A stretch of DNA of 64,000 bases from Bacteroidota bacterium. GTDB lineage: Bacteria > Bacteroidota > Bacteroidia > UKL13-3. The notes under the pieces are model-generated. The model was not told the DNA's origin, made no database searches, and saw only the letters and a program-made list of their open reading frames with translations. The position numbers and the translations under genes were made by a program. Within the stretch, counting starts at the first letter, position 1; the number at the start of each line of letters is the position of its first letter. Below are positions 27,681 through 37,928 of the stretch, piece by piece. The stretch is taken from contig JBKCPL010000023.1 in NCBI GenBank assembly GCA_046309355.1, positions 7,024-71,023 of the forward strand. Direction: 5' to 3'.

Positions 27681-29885
27681 ATGAAAAAGTACATATTTTT
27701 CTGCCTGCTTGCATGGTGGGCTTTAACATTACGAGGTCAATCTATACGAGGCAGCGTTATGGATGCTGTAACGCAGGAAGCACTTCCCGGAGCTGCACTT
27801 CAATGGATGATATCTAAAAACGGGACCACTACAAATGGATTGGGCGCTTATGAAATCAGCTTACCCATTCGCACTCCCGACTGGCTTATAGTTACATACA
27901 TCGGATATGTAACCGATACTATTTTATTTAAATCACAAACAGAAATACATATACGCCTTAAGCGAACACCCGAATTGCTGAATGAAGTAGAGATAAAAGA
28001 TAAACGGCAGGCAACTACATACAGCACACTAGAGGTTTTGAACAGGCAATCGCTGGGAATTGGTGAACTTAAGAAAGCCGCGTGTTGCAACCTGAGTGAA
28101 AGTTTTGAGACCAATGCCACTGTTGATGTTTCATACAGCGATGCACTTACAGGTGCGAAACAAATTAAACTGCTTGGTCTGGATGGCTCATACACGCAGA
28201 TATTAAGCGAACTGCAACCGGGCATTCGAGGGTTGTCAACCAATTCGGGACTGGCACACATTCCCGGCACTTGGGTTCAATCCATCGACATTACCAAAGG
28301 CATAGGCTCAGTAGTAAACGGATACGAATCGATGGCCGGACAGATAAATATAGAACTGTTGAAGCCCGAAAAGGCAGATCGATTTCACCTGAATGTGTAT
28401 GCCGGAGACTGGGGAAGATACGAAGCAAATGTACACGCTGCACACAGATTGAATAAGAATTGGAGCACCTTACTGCTTAGTCATGCCAGTACCATTGCAG
28501 CAAAAAACGACTTTAACAGCGATGGTTTCATGGATATGGCAACCGGTGTACAATACGGAGCGCTTAACCGATGGAAATACGAACAAACCGGAAAACTCAT
28601 GTCGGATTTTGGAGTATTTGTAAACTATGACGAGCGCAATGGAGGCCAGCTGGCATTTCGTGGTGAAGACGACAATACAAATCGATTATTTTACGGTGTT
28701 CAAACGCGCTCAACACATGCTGAGGCGTATGGTAAGGCCGCTATTGGATTTAGCGGGAAACCTTATAAAAGTCTTGGTATACTAGCTAACAGCAGGCTGT
28801 ATACATATAATGCTACGTTCGGATTAAAAAGGTATGATGGGAATGAAAAGAGCTTGCATGGTAGCATGGTATATCAAACCATTATCAAAACAAGTGAGCA
28901 CAAACTTAAAACTGGAATATCGTTTATGAACGACCGATATCATGAAAGCTACAACGATTCTGTTTTTACCCGAAATGAAGTTGTACCCGGAGCGTTTGCC
29001 GAATACAACTACGATAACCTGAGCAACTATTCTCTACTTATTGGCATGCGGATAGATTACCATAACCTATTTGGCACACTTATCAATCCAAGGGCACATC
29101 TGAAAATTAATTTAGCACGTGCATCGGTGCTACGATTATCGGCCGGTCGAGGTATGCGAGTAGCCAACGTATTTGTTGAACACGCTGCCGTAATGGCCAG
29201 TAACCGAAGAATTGTTGTTCGGGAAGCGTTTAAACCCGAAGTATCGCAAAATTTCGGTACATCGATTACCCATAAATTCAGGCTATTTAGGCGTACTGCT
29301 ACAATTGTAGCCGATTACTATTATACCCGTTTTGAAAATCAGGTAGTAGCTGATTTGGATTTGCGCAGCGATGAATTGCACTTCTATAATCTCGCTGGAT
29401 TGTCGTATTCACACAGTGCACAAGCCGACTTTGTATACGAACCCGTAAAGCAGCTCGAACTACGTGTGGCTTACAAATGGCAAGATGTAAGAACTACATA
29501 CCACGGCATACTGATGCAGCGTCCGCTGGTAGCCCGAAGTAGGGCTTTGATAAACATCGGATATGCCACACGTTTCGAAAAGTGGAAATTTGACTATACA
29601 CTAAAGTGGTTTGACCGTATGCGTATACCGGCTGTAATTGATCATGGAAGTCACCGAATAGCCGGCCGATATTCACCAGATTATTTTGTGCACATGGCAC
29701 AAATAACAAAAAAGTTTAAACACATAGAATGGTATGCAGGAGGCGAAAATTTATTTGCGTTTATGCAGCACCAACAAATTGCTGACGCGGCCAATCCGTT
29801 TGGCCCTAATTTTGATGCCTCGCTTATTTGGGGGCCGGTGATGGGAAGAGTATGGTATACAGGTATTCGTTTCACAATTAAATAA
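27681..29885 (+). CDS. TonB-dependent outer-membrane receptor with an N-terminal carboxypeptidase-regulatory-like domain
   Basis: 734 aa; signal peptide; SIRGSVMDAVTQEALPGA CarbopepD_reg-like start; plug region with KKAACCNLSESFETNATVDVSYSDA; long beta-barrel. Confidence 0.85.
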   Translation: MKKYIFFCLLAWWALTLRGQSIRGSVMDAVTQEALPGAALQWMISKNGTTTNGLGAYEISLPIRTPDWLIVTYIGYVTDTILFKSQTEIHIRLKRTPELLNEVEIKDKRQATTYSTLEVLNRQSLGIGELKKAACCNLSESFETNATVDVSYSDALTGAKQIKLLGLDGSYTQILSELQPGIRGLSTNSGLAHIPGTWVQSIDITKGIGSVVNGYESMAGQINIELLKPEKADRFHLNVYAGDWGRYEANVHAAHRLNKNWSTLLLSHASTIAAKNDFNSDGFMDMATGVQYGALNRWKYEQTGKLMSDFGVFVNYDERNGGQLAFRGEDDNTNRLFYGVQTRSTHAEAYGKAAIGFSGKPYKSLGILANSRLYTYNATFGLKRYDGNEKSLHGSMVYQTIIKTSEHKLKTGISFMNDRYHESYNDSVFTRNEVVPGAFAEYNYDNLSNYSLLIGMRIDYHNLFGTLINPRAHLKINLARASVLRLSAGRGMRVANVFVEHAAVMASNRRIVVREAFKPEVSQNFGTSITHKFRLFRRTATIVADYYYTRFENQVVADLDLRSDELHFYNLAGLSYSHSAQADFVYEPVKQLELRVAYKWQDVRTTYHGILMQRPLVARSRALINIGYATRFEKWKFDYTLKWFDRMRIPAVIDHGSHRIAGRYSPDYFVHMAQITKKFKHIEWYAGGENLFAFMQHQQIADAANPFGPNFDASLIWGPVMGRVWYTGIRFTIK

Positions 29886-29893
29886 CAAGAACA

Positions 29894-30262
29894 ATGAAAA
29901 CAATCAACTTAAATATTTTATTACTGAGCTTATCAATCAAAGCAGCAACCGCACAAACAGCGGTAAAAGACTCCATCGTAAACAGCGATGGAACAGTGAC
30001 CATTCAGCTAAAAACATCATCGGTTTGCGAGATGTGTAAAGAAACCATCGAAAAAGCGTTAGCCTATGAAAAGGGAATAAAATCATCCGACCTCGTTGTA
30101 GACTCAAAAGTACTAACGGTAGTGTACGACCCTCGAAAAACAAACTCTATTAAAGTTAAAGTAGCTGTATCCAAAAGTGGTTACGATGCCGATGAATGGC
30201 CTGCTGACCCGAAAGCCTATGAAAGGTTGCATTCCTGCTGCAAGAAAGACAGTGCTCATTAA
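29894..30262 (+). CDS. Secreted heavy-metal-associated (HMA) domain protein
   Basis: 122 aa; signal peptide; CEMCKETIEKAL CxxC metal-binding loop of the HMA fold; C-terminal HSCCKKDSAH. Confidence 0.75.
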   Translation: MKTINLNILLLSLSIKAATAQTAVKDSIVNSDGTVTIQLKTSSVCEMCKETIEKALAYEKGIKSSDLVVDSKVLTVVYDPRKTNSIKVKVAVSKSGYDADEWPADPKAYERLHSCCKKDSAH

Positions 30263-30339
30263 GCTAAAAGCATTGATTTTCAATGCATCAAAACATATCC
30301 ACAAATTTCCAAATACGTGTGTAAGCGGTTAATATTGAA

Positions 30340-30373
30340 GGTTGCGTAGCCACAGCTATGCAGCCTTTTTTTT
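30340..30373 (+). terminator. Rho-independent terminator after the HMA gene
   Basis: GGTTGCGTAGC-CACA-GCTATGCAGCC (11 bp including two G-U pairs) followed by T8. Confidence 0.7.
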
Positions 30374-30403
30374 AATACCACAGCAACGATAATTTAACCT
30401 TTT

Positions 30404-31015
30404 ATGCATTTAGCCATTGCCGGAAACATAGGATCGGGAAAGACAACACTTACAACCCTGCTTGCCCGCCATTACAAATTTGAACCTCACTACGAAGATG
30501 TGGAGGATAACCCTTACATCAGCGATTTTTATGAAGATATGCAACGTTGGTCGTTCAACCTGCAGATATATTTTTTAAATAGCCGTTTCAGCACAGTGCA
30601 ACAGATACAAAAAGGCAAAAAAAAGGTGATTCAGGACCGTACCATTTACGAAGATGCATTCATCTTTGCTCCAAACTTGCATAGCATGGGGTTAATGAGT
30701 ACGCGTGATTTCGAAACATATCAACGGCTTTTTGAATCCATGACCTCAGCAATTAAGCCCCCTGATTTGCTCATTTACCTACGTGCATCCATACCTACCC
30801 TAGTGAATCAGATACAAAAACGTGGCCGCGATTACGAAGATTCCATAAGGCTCGATTACCTGCGTAGGCTAAACGAGCGCTACGAAGCCTGGATTTCAAC
30901 GTACAGGCATAAGTTACTTATCATAGATGTTGAAAATCTAAATTTTGCAGAAAAACCTGAAGACTTAGGGTTGGTCATCAATAAAATTGAAGCTGAAATT
31001 AACGGTTTGTTTTAA
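30404..31015 (+). CDS. Deoxynucleoside kinase
   Basis: 203 aa; P-loop AIAGNIGSGKTTL, DRTIYED and RGRDYE motifs of the dNK family. Confidence 0.85.
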   Translation: MHLAIAGNIGSGKTTLTTLLARHYKFEPHYEDVEDNPYISDFYEDMQRWSFNLQIYFLNSRFSTVQQIQKGKKKVIQDRTIYEDAFIFAPNLHSMGLMSTRDFETYQRLFESMTSAIKPPDLLIYLRASIPTLVNQIQKRGRDYEDSIRLDYLRRLNERYEAWISTYRHKLLIIDVENLNFAEKPEDLGLVINKIEAEINGLF

Positions 31016-31020
31016 ACCCT

Positions 31021-31509
31021 ATGATTGTGCTACGTGATGCGGAGTTGACTGATGCTGCAGCCATTGCAGAAATTTACAACGAATCCATATTGAATAGCAC
31101 GGCTACATTCGATACCGAAACAAAAACAACCGAAGACCGCAAAGCGTGGCTCATGCAGCACAACGCAAAGTACCCTGTAGTGGTGGCCGAAATTAGCGGA
31201 ACTGTTGTAGGTTTTGCTTCCTTATCGCGCTGGAGTGAACGTACTGCGTATGATAACACAGCTGAAATCTCCATTTACATTTCTCCCGAGCATAGAAGCA
31301 AAGGCATTGGTAAAAAGCTTATAACTATGATTATGGAGAAGGGCCGGAATGGCGGGCTTCACTGCTTACTTTCGCGCATTACAGAAGGAAACGAACACAG
31401 TATATACTTGCATACACAAGCAGGTTTTACTACTATTGGGGTGATGCGTGAAGTGGGTGAAAAGTTTGGACGAATTCTGGATGTAACGCTGATGCAGTTC
31501 ATCTACTAA
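31021..31509 (+). CDS. GNAT family N-acetyltransferase (phosphinothricin acetyltransferase-like)
   Basis: 162 aa; IYNESILNSTATFDTE...RSKGIGKKL motifs. Confidence 0.8.
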   Translation: MIVLRDAELTDAAAIAEIYNESILNSTATFDTETKTTEDRKAWLMQHNAKYPVVVAEISGTVVGFASLSRWSERTAYDNTAEISIYISPEHRSKGIGKKLITMIMEKGRNGGLHCLLSRITEGNEHSIYLHTQAGFTTIGVMREVGEKFGRILDVTLMQFIY

Positions 31510-32558
31510 TTGCCTGCTGCCTTACGCAGTGTAAAACCGAATGTTGTTCCCTGGCTAAGCGTACTGCGCACATTGATTGTTTGCCCATGCGCTTCAATTA
31601 TGTGTTTTACAATTGCTAAACCTAAACCCGTACCTCCCGGACCACTCTCGCGGGCACGGCTTTTATCAACCCTGTAAAAACGTTCGAAAATGCGGGGTAA
31701 ATGTTCCTGCGCAATGCCTTCTCCGTTATCACCAATTTCCACAAGTATGTTTTCATCCATATCGTAGTAGGCTGCGGTAGTAGTTCCCATTTCCTTTCCG
31801 TATTTAATGGAGTTCAGTACCAGATTAACCAACACCTGCCTTATGCGGTACTTATCTGCTGAAACAAAAAACGGTTTGTTACAGCCTTCCTTTACGATGA
31901 GCGCAATGCCCCTATCTTTTGCACGTACTTCAAGCTGTTCGTATACATCTTTCACCAATGCATTGATATCAAATCTCTCGCTTTCTACAACCAGCTCACC
32001 CGCCTCAAGTTGGGAAATGGCCAGCAGGTCGGCAACCAGATCGCTAAGACGATCGGCACTCTTTGCTGCCTTTTTCAGAAAACGAAGATTTACTTCGGGA
32101 TCATCGATGGCTCCGTCAATAAGCGTGTGTATATACCCCTGAATGTTAAAGATGGGCGTTTTTAACTCATGCGAAACATTTCCTAAAAATTCTTTGCGGA
32201 AATCGGCCAGCTTTTTCAACTCGTCCATTTGTTCTTTCTGGTCGAGCGCCCAATTAATCACTTCCTTATTCATATTGGCAATGGGATCTGTACGCCAGTC
32301 GAAGTTACTTAGTTTGGCATCGTACTTCTGTGTTTTCAAGCTGTGTATGGTCTTATAAATCAGCTTTATTTTTTTATAAATGAAGTATTCAAGCGAATAA
32401 AAAAACAGTATGAAAGAAAATAGTAATGTGGCAAATGCCGCCACTAATGCGGGTGTTGCATCAAAACCGTCAATGATAAAGGTGGTGAAACCAACAAAAG
32501 CCGAAAGTATTAGGGATATGAACAGCGCAACAGTGACAGGTTTCGGGTTTCTAATCAT
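31506..32558 (-). CDS. Sensor histidine kinase
   Basis: 350 aa; two N-terminal TM helices; H-box SHELKTPI; N/G-boxes (NSIKY, GDNGEGI, GTGLGLAIV). Confidence 0.9.
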   Translation of the reverse strand: MIRNPKPVTVALFISLILSAFVGFTTFIIDGFDATPALVAAFATLLFSFILFFYSLEYFIYKKIKLIYKTIHSLKTQKYDAKLSNFDWRTDPIANMNKEVINWALDQKEQMDELKKLADFRKEFLGNVSHELKTPIFNIQGYIHTLIDGAIDDPEVNLRFLKKAAKSADRLSDLVADLLAISQLEAGELVVESERFDINALVKDVYEQLEVRAKDRGIALIVKEGCNKPFFVSADKYRIRQVLVNLVLNSIKYGKEMGTTTAAYYDMDENILVEIGDNGEGIAQEHLPRIFERFYRVDKSRARESGPGGTGLGLAIVKHIIEAHGQTINVRSTLSQGTTFGFTLRKAAGN

Positions 32559-32573
32559 AGGTGCAACATCTTA

Positions 32574-33272
32574 TCAGGCTTCAAATTTATAGCCCACACC
32601 TTTTACCGTACCGATGTAGTCGTCACCAATTTTCTCGCGCAACTTACGAATATGAACATCAATGGTGCGGTCTACTACCAGCACCTCATCGCCCCACACT
32701 TTTTCGAGTATGTATTCGCGTGTAAAAACCTTGCCCGGCTTGCTGGCCAATAGGTATAGCAATTCAAACTCTTTGCGTGCAAGTTGTATTTTGCTGCCGT
32801 GTTTATACACTAGAAATGTTTCGCGGTCGATAACGATATCGCCAACGGTAAGTTTGGCTTCCATTACTTCCTTGCTCTTTCTTCTTAGAATGGCATTAAT
32901 ACGGCTTATGAGTACACGTGGCTTAATGGGTTTAGAGATGTAATCATCGGCACCGGCATTAAAGCCTGCGATCTCTGAGTACTCCTCTGACCGTGCGGTT
33001 AAAAATACGATAAACGTTTTTTCGAAATCACTGTCTGATTTAAGCTGCTTACACGCTTCGATACCATCCATTACCGGCATCATTACATCAAGCAGAATTA
33101 AATCGGGTTTTATTTTACGTGCTACATCTATAGCTTCTTGTCCATTGTGAGCCAAATGAACATCATAACCTTCTTTTTTCAGGTTGTATTGAATAAACTC
33201 CAGAATGTCGTTTTCATCATCAACCACAAGGATTTTGTAGGTAGTATCCATGTCTGTTTTTTTTTGTAACAT
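32574..33272 (-). CDS. OmpR/PhoB-family response regulator
   Basis: 232 aa; receiver domain (ILVVDDE...DLILLDVMMP) plus a winged-helix C-terminus (TVKGVGYKF). Confidence 0.92.
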   Translation of the reverse strand: MLQKKTDMDTTYKILVVDDENDILEFIQYNLKKEGYDVHLAHNGQEAIDVARKIKPDLILLDVMMPVMDGIEACKQLKSDSDFEKTFIVFLTARSEEYSEIAGFNAGADDYISKPIKPRVLISRINAILRRKSKEVMEAKLTVGDIVIDRETFLVYKHGSKIQLARKEFELLYLLASKPGKVFTREYILEKVWGDEVLVVDRTIDVHIRKLREKIGDDYIGTVKGVGYKFEA

Positions 33273-33335
33273 TCGGCTATGGTTCTTTCTCCAATATTAA
33301 GTAATGATTAACTTAATGTAAACACCCATTCGTAT

Positions 33336-34451
33336 CTACCTAAAAATTTGTTTTAACTGATCTTCGAGTGCCTTGCCACGAAGATTTTTAGCTATAATTT
33401 TTCCATCCTTATCAAGCAGCACAGCAAAGGGTATTCCCTCTATATTGTACTGACTCACTACAGATGAATTCCATTTCTGTAGGTCACTAACGTGTGTCCA
33501 CAGCAATTTATCATCGTTAATGGCTTTTACCCAAGCGTCACGATTATCATCAAGCGACACACTGTAAATGTCAAAACCTTTTGATTTATATGTGTTATAC
33601 ATGCGCACCAAATTTGGACTTTCCATACGGCAAGGCTGACACCAGCTTGCCCAAAAATCGACCAAAATATATTTTCCGCGCATAGAAGACAGGGCAATGG
33701 TTTTACCATACGGGTCATTCATTACTATATCCGGTGCTGCCTCACCTTCTGCTGTTTTCCTGAGCGTTTCTACTCGCTGGTGATGCATTTGAGCATACTT
33801 TGACGATGAAAATCGTTCGAACAGCCTCTTATCCACTTCGTTGAAGAAAGCAAAGTCAGCCTCAGGCATTAGAAAATTGGTAAGAAAATAAGGAACCAAA
33901 CTTTCGGTGTTAGTGAGGGCAAATGCCTTCAGCTCTTCACTGCGTTTTTTCATAATCGTATCGTATTCGGCACGCAGCCTGTTTTGTTCCGTCACACTGG
34001 GCACTTCAGTACCCATAGACGCATATTTTGTTTCCAGGTTTCGTACTTGTTGCATGTATGTGTTGTTTATCTGCAACAATTTTTTCAGTTCTTCGCTATC
34101 GGCCGAACCGGCTACTCCGTATACCTCGGGCTGCGTAGCATCAATAGATAAAGTGATGTCAGCTACTGAATCGAGTAAAAGCGCCACCGCACCCTTTGGC
34201 AAATTGATGATTGCGAATGTTTTTTCACTTACGTTTCCACTAAATTCAAACGTTCCATCGCTATTTACCGTAGCGGTATCTAATAAAACAAGTCCCTGGG
34301 TGGTTAGTTCACTTAGTGTAACAGTTGATTCCGTATTGTTTTTAATGGTTCCCTTAACCTTAAATCCGGTATGTGTCACAGACTTATTTGTACATGAAAA
34401 AAGTAAAAATAGGCTGATTATGCCAAGTAGTTTAGAGCTCATAAAACGCAT
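33336..34451 (-). CDS. TlpA-family thiol:disulfide oxidoreductase lipoprotein (DUF4369 + thioredoxin fold)
   Basis: WASWCQPC motif; I prefer the start MRFMSSKLLGIISLFLLFSC (lipobox-like) at 34451 over the track start at 34475. Confidence 0.82.
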   Translation of the reverse strand: MRFMSSKLLGIISLFLLFSCTNKSVTHTGFKVKGTIKNNTESTVTLSELTTQGLVLLDTATVNSDGTFEFSGNVSEKTFAIINLPKGAVALLLDSVADITLSIDATQPEVYGVAGSADSEELKKLLQINNTYMQQVRNLETKYASMGTEVPSVTEQNRLRAEYDTIMKKRSEELKAFALTNTESLVPYFLTNFLMPEADFAFFNEVDKRLFERFSSSKYAQMHHQRVETLRKTAEGEAAPDIVMNDPYGKTIALSSMRGKYILVDFWASWCQPCRMESPNLVRMYNTYKSKGFDIYSVSLDDNRDAWVKAINDDKLLWTHVSDLQKWNSSVVSQYNIEGIPFAVLLDKDGKIIAKNLRGKALEDQLKQIFR

Positions 34452-34461
34452 AGTTAAAATG

Positions 34462-35919
34462 TTATAAGTTATCAAGTGTATCTTTTACCAATTTATTGGC
34501 CAGTTTAGGGTCAGCCTTGCCTTTGCTAAGTTTCATCACTTCGCCCATAAATAAGCCTATAAGTGACGTTTTACCATTTTTGTATTCGGTTACTTTTTCA
34601 GGGTATCTGGATACGGCTTCATTCACTAGTTCCTGCAAAGTATCTGAGTTTTGCTCCTGCATCAGGTTTAAGCTCTCGGCCAGTTCGGCTGCTGACTTAT
34701 GATGCTCATTAAGCATAGCCGGGAAAAGCCGCTGAGCAGCAGCCGAATGACTTAATTTTCCGGCATCAATCAGTTCTATAATCTCAGCAATTTTAGAGGG
34801 CTGCAATACAAAATCACGAATATCAAGCGCTTGTTCATTTAGGTATCCTTTAATATGAACCATTAACCAGTTGGCTGCTGCTTTTACGTGCGATGTATGT
34901 TTGAGCAGTGTTTCAAAGTACTCGGCTATATCACGACTTTCGGTAAGCACTGCGGCATCGTATTCATTTAACCCATACTGGAGTGTAAATTTGTTAAACA
35001 ATTCTTTGGGCAAAGCGGGCATTTGAGCCTTCACCCCGTCAATAAACGATTGTGTAATATGCAAAGGGGGCAAATCAGGTTCAGGAAAATAGCGGTAATC
35101 GCTGGCTCCTTCCTTGGTACGCATAACAATCGTTGTGCCTTTCATGGCATCAAACGTGCGCGTTTCCTGGTATATCTTTCCGTTATCTTCGAGTGTTTCA
35201 ATTTGCCGTTTAATTTCAAAATCAATGGCACGCTGTACATTGCGAATAGAATTCATGTTTTTCACTTCCACCTTGGTTCCAAAAGCTTCTGCTCCCTTCA
35301 ATCGTACTGAAACGTTTGCATCGCAACGCATCGAGCCCTCTTCCATATTTCCATCACAAATTTCGAGGTAGCGAACAAGCCTGCGTATTTCTGTTAAATA
35401 CTGATAAGCTTCTTCACCGGTTCGTATATCGGGTTGCGAAACGATTTCGATAAGTGGAGTTCCAGCGCGGTTGTAGTCAATGAGGGTATCGTACACGTCC
35501 TGATCATGCATACTTTTTCCGGTATCCTCCTCCATGTGAATGCGTGTAAGTCCGATGCGCTTCTCAGTTCCGTCTTTGAGTTTTATATCTACAAAACCGT
35601 TTCGGCAAATGGGTGTGGTATCCTGTGAAATCTGGTAGCCTTTGGGCAAATCGGCATAAAAATAGTTTTTGCGTGCGTAGTAATTAAACTCTGAAATATC
35701 GCAGTTCAGCGCAAGGCCTATTTTAATTGCATTATGCACAGCCTGTCGGTTGTGAACGGGCAGAGTTCCGGGGTGACCAAGCGATACCGGACTTACCTGT
35801 GTATTGGGCATTGCACCATATTCAGTTGCATCACTGCTAAAGGCTTTGCTGCGTGTAAGCATTTGGGCGTGAACCTCCAGTCCTATAACGGCTTCGTATT
35901 TTGAGTAATCAATCTGCAT
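34462..35919 (-). CDS. gatB: Asp-tRNA(Asn)/Glu-tRNA(Gln) amidotransferase subunit B
   Basis: I prefer the start MQIDYSKYEAVIGLEVHAQ (35919), 485 aa; the track's 26-aa N-terminal extension is atypical. Confidence 0.93.
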   Translation of the reverse strand: MQIDYSKYEAVIGLEVHAQMLTRSKAFSSDATEYGAMPNTQVSPVSLGHPGTLPVHNRQAVHNAIKIGLALNCDISEFNYYARKNYFYADLPKGYQISQDTTPICRNGFVDIKLKDGTEKRIGLTRIHMEEDTGKSMHDQDVYDTLIDYNRAGTPLIEIVSQPDIRTGEEAYQYLTEIRRLVRYLEICDGNMEEGSMRCDANVSVRLKGAEAFGTKVEVKNMNSIRNVQRAIDFEIKRQIETLEDNGKIYQETRTFDAMKGTTIVMRTKEGASDYRYFPEPDLPPLHITQSFIDGVKAQMPALPKELFNKFTLQYGLNEYDAAVLTESRDIAEYFETLLKHTSHVKAAANWLMVHIKGYLNEQALDIRDFVLQPSKIAEIIELIDAGKLSHSAAAQRLFPAMLNEHHKSAAELAESLNLMQEQNSDTLQELVNEAVSRYPEKVTEYKNGKTSLIGLFMGEVMKLSKGKADPKLANKLVKDTLDNL

Positions 35920-36006
35920 AATGTGTATAAGTGCGGGCAAAAATAGGTCATTTTTTAATGAAAACAGACCATGTTTTACTGCCGGTAAAACGTGCATTTA
36001 CATGGT

Positions 36007-36954
36007 TCACAGCGAGGCTAGGTAGGCATTCACATTATTCTCAATGCGTGATTCGATATGCGAATAATCGCCTCGCTCAAACTGCCTGCCTGTAATATGC
36101 TCGTACAATTCGATGTACCGGTTTGTAATACTTTCCACAAACTCGTCCGACATGTCGGGCTGAATTTGTCCTTCTTTGCCTTGAAATCCATTTTCAATCA
36201 GCCACTGCCGAACAAATTCCTTGGATAGTTGGCGCTGTTGCTGATCTTTATTCTGTATAGCCTCGTAGGTATCTTTATAAAAATACCTGGACGAATCGGG
36301 AGTGTGAATTTCATCAATGAGGTAGATGGTATCACCATTTTTACCAAATTCATATTTGGTATCGACCAGGATCAGGTTTTGCTTCTCCGCAATCGTTTTC
36401 CCCTGCTGATACAAGGCGTGTGTGTACTTTTCAAGCGTTACATAATCAGCTTCGCTCACTAGTCCCTGCTTCAGTATTTCATCACGCGAAATATCTTCAT
36501 CATGTCCGTGGCTGGCCTTAATAGTCGGTGTAATAATGGGCTCCGGGAAAGGGTCATTTTCGCGCATGCCATCCGGCATGTGTACACCACAAATGGTACG
36601 TTTACCCGATTTGTATTCGCGCCAGGCATGGCCTGAGAGATAACCACGAATAACCATTTCTACTTTAAGTGCATGGCAGGCAATACCTACTGTAACATTA
36701 GGGTCGGGGCTGGCCAGTTTCCATACCGGAACTAGTTGGGCTGCCTGATCCAGAAAGTAAGATGCAATCTGATTAAGAACCTGCCCTTTGTAGGGAATTG
36801 CACGTTTTAAAACCACATCAAATGCCGAAATTCTGTCGCAGGCAATCATCACTAGCCATTGGTCTTTGATGTAATACACATCACGAACTTTACCTCGGTA
36901 AAAATTTTTCTGATGCTTAAAAAAGTAGTGCGTGGATACTAATGCATTTTCCAT
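36007..36954 (-). CDS. purC: Phosphoribosylaminoimidazole-succinocarboxamide synthase (long form)
   Basis: 315 aa; YRGKVRDVY...DRISAFD motifs; TAATG overlap with the phoH stop. Confidence 0.92.
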   Translation of the reverse strand: MENALVSTHYFFKHQKNFYRGKVRDVYYIKDQWLVMIACDRISAFDVVLKRAIPYKGQVLNQIASYFLDQAAQLVPVWKLASPDPNVTVGIACHALKVEMVIRGYLSGHAWREYKSGKRTICGVHMPDGMRENDPFPEPIITPTIKASHGHDEDISRDEILKQGLVSEADYVTLEKYTHALYQQGKTIAEKQNLILVDTKYEFGKNGDTIYLIDEIHTPDSSRYFYKDTYEAIQNKDQQQRQLSKEFVRQWLIENGFQGKEGQIQPDMSDEFVESITNRYIELYEHITGRQFERGDYSHIESRIENNVNAYLASL

Positions 36955-37928
36955 TATTCAACTGGGTGTTCAGGGTTATTGTAGTGATCGTAAGCTTTGA
37001 TGATGTCCTTCACTAATCTGTGTCGAACTACATCTTCAAAGGTGAGGTACGTAAAATTTATGCCTTTAATAGCGTGAAGAATATTAACCGCTTTGAGCAA
37101 GCCGGATTGAGTTCTTCTGGGCAAATCAATCTGCGTCAGATCTCCTGTGATGATGAATTTAGCATGCGGACCCATGCGAGTTAAAAACATTTTCAGCTGC
37201 AAATCGGTTGCATTTTGGGCTTCATCCAGTATGACGTATGCATTATCAAGAGTACGGCCGCGCATAAAGGCCATAGGAGCTATTTCAATAACGCGGGTTT
37301 CTATATACTGCTTCAATTTATCGGGAGCAATCATGTCGTCAAGTGCATCGTAAAGCGGTCTTAGGTAGGGATCTATTTTCTCTTTCAAATCACCCGGTAA
37401 AAAACCCAGATTTTCGCCCGCTTCTACAGCCGGACGGGCAAGAATAATGCGCTTGATTTCTTTATTTTTCAGTGCACGAACAGCCAACGCAACGGCTGTG
37501 TAGGTTTTACCGGTACCGGCCGGACCGATAGCAAAAACCACATCGTTTTTTTCAACCATGTCCACCATCACCCGCTGATTTGGTGATTTCACTTTGATGA
37601 CTTTGCCGCCATTTCCGTATAAAATAATGTCGTTTTCAGAAACAGTGCCTGATAAGTCAGAGTCTGGCGACAACTTACGCCCTTCGGCTAAAGCCTCGAG
37701 CTGAACTTCTTTAATACTCCCGTATTGTTTGATATGTTCAGAAATGGCGTGAACAATGGCAGCCAGTTTTGCTATTTTGGTATTTTCACCAGTTACCAGT
37801 AAGCTAGATCCCCTTGCCACTATTTTTAGCTCAGGAAATTTGCCCTGCAGTACTTTGAGGTTTTTATTCATAACCCCCAGCAAAGCTGTCGGGTCAATGT
37901 CTTCAATTACGATTTCTTTGTTTTGCAA
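36954..37928 (-). CDS. phoH: PhoH family ATPase
   Basis: 324 aa (TTG start in track); Walker A GPAGTGKTY; ILDEAQN; C-terminal PhoH signature. Confidence 0.9.
   Translation of the reverse strand: MQNKEIVIEDIDPTALLGVMNKNLKVLQGKFPELKIVARGSSLLVTGENTKIAKLAAIVHAISEHIKQYGSIKEVQLEALAEGRKLSPDSDLSGTVSENDIILYGNGGKVIKVKSPNQRVMVDMVEKNDVVFAIGPAGTGKTYTAVALAVRALKNKEIKRIILARPAVEAGENLGFLPGDLKEKIDPYLRPLYDALDDMIAPDKLKQYIETRVIEIAPMAFMRGRTLDNAYVILDEAQNATDLQLKMFLTRMGPHAKFIITGDLTQIDLPRRTQSGLLKAVNILHAIKGINFTYLTFEDVVRHRLVKDIIKAYDHYNNPEHPVE

Noticed and set aside
31506-31509. Convergent overlap of the GNAT and histidine-kinase stop codons (CTAA/TTAG)
   Set aside because: This is a simple 4-nt tail-to-tail overlap, which is common and carries no evident regulatory meaning.
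33273-33335. A/T-rich 7-bp hairpin (ATTAAGT...ACTTAAT) downstream of the TlpA-like gene
   Set aside because: The stem is weak and no U-tract follows on the relevant strand, so I do not call it a terminator.
33907-34467. 186-aa ORF on the + strand
   Set aside because: It is antisense to the TlpA-family oxidoreductase gene, which has a clear WxxWCxxC motif and lipoprotein signal. No independent support.
31506-37928. Possible Pho regulon grouping (OmpR/PhoB-type two-component pair and phoH within about 4 kb)
   Set aside because: The kinase and regulator have no Pho-specific features I can see. PhoH-family ATPases are widespread housekeeping genes, and unrelated genes (tlpA-like, gatB, purC) lie between them.
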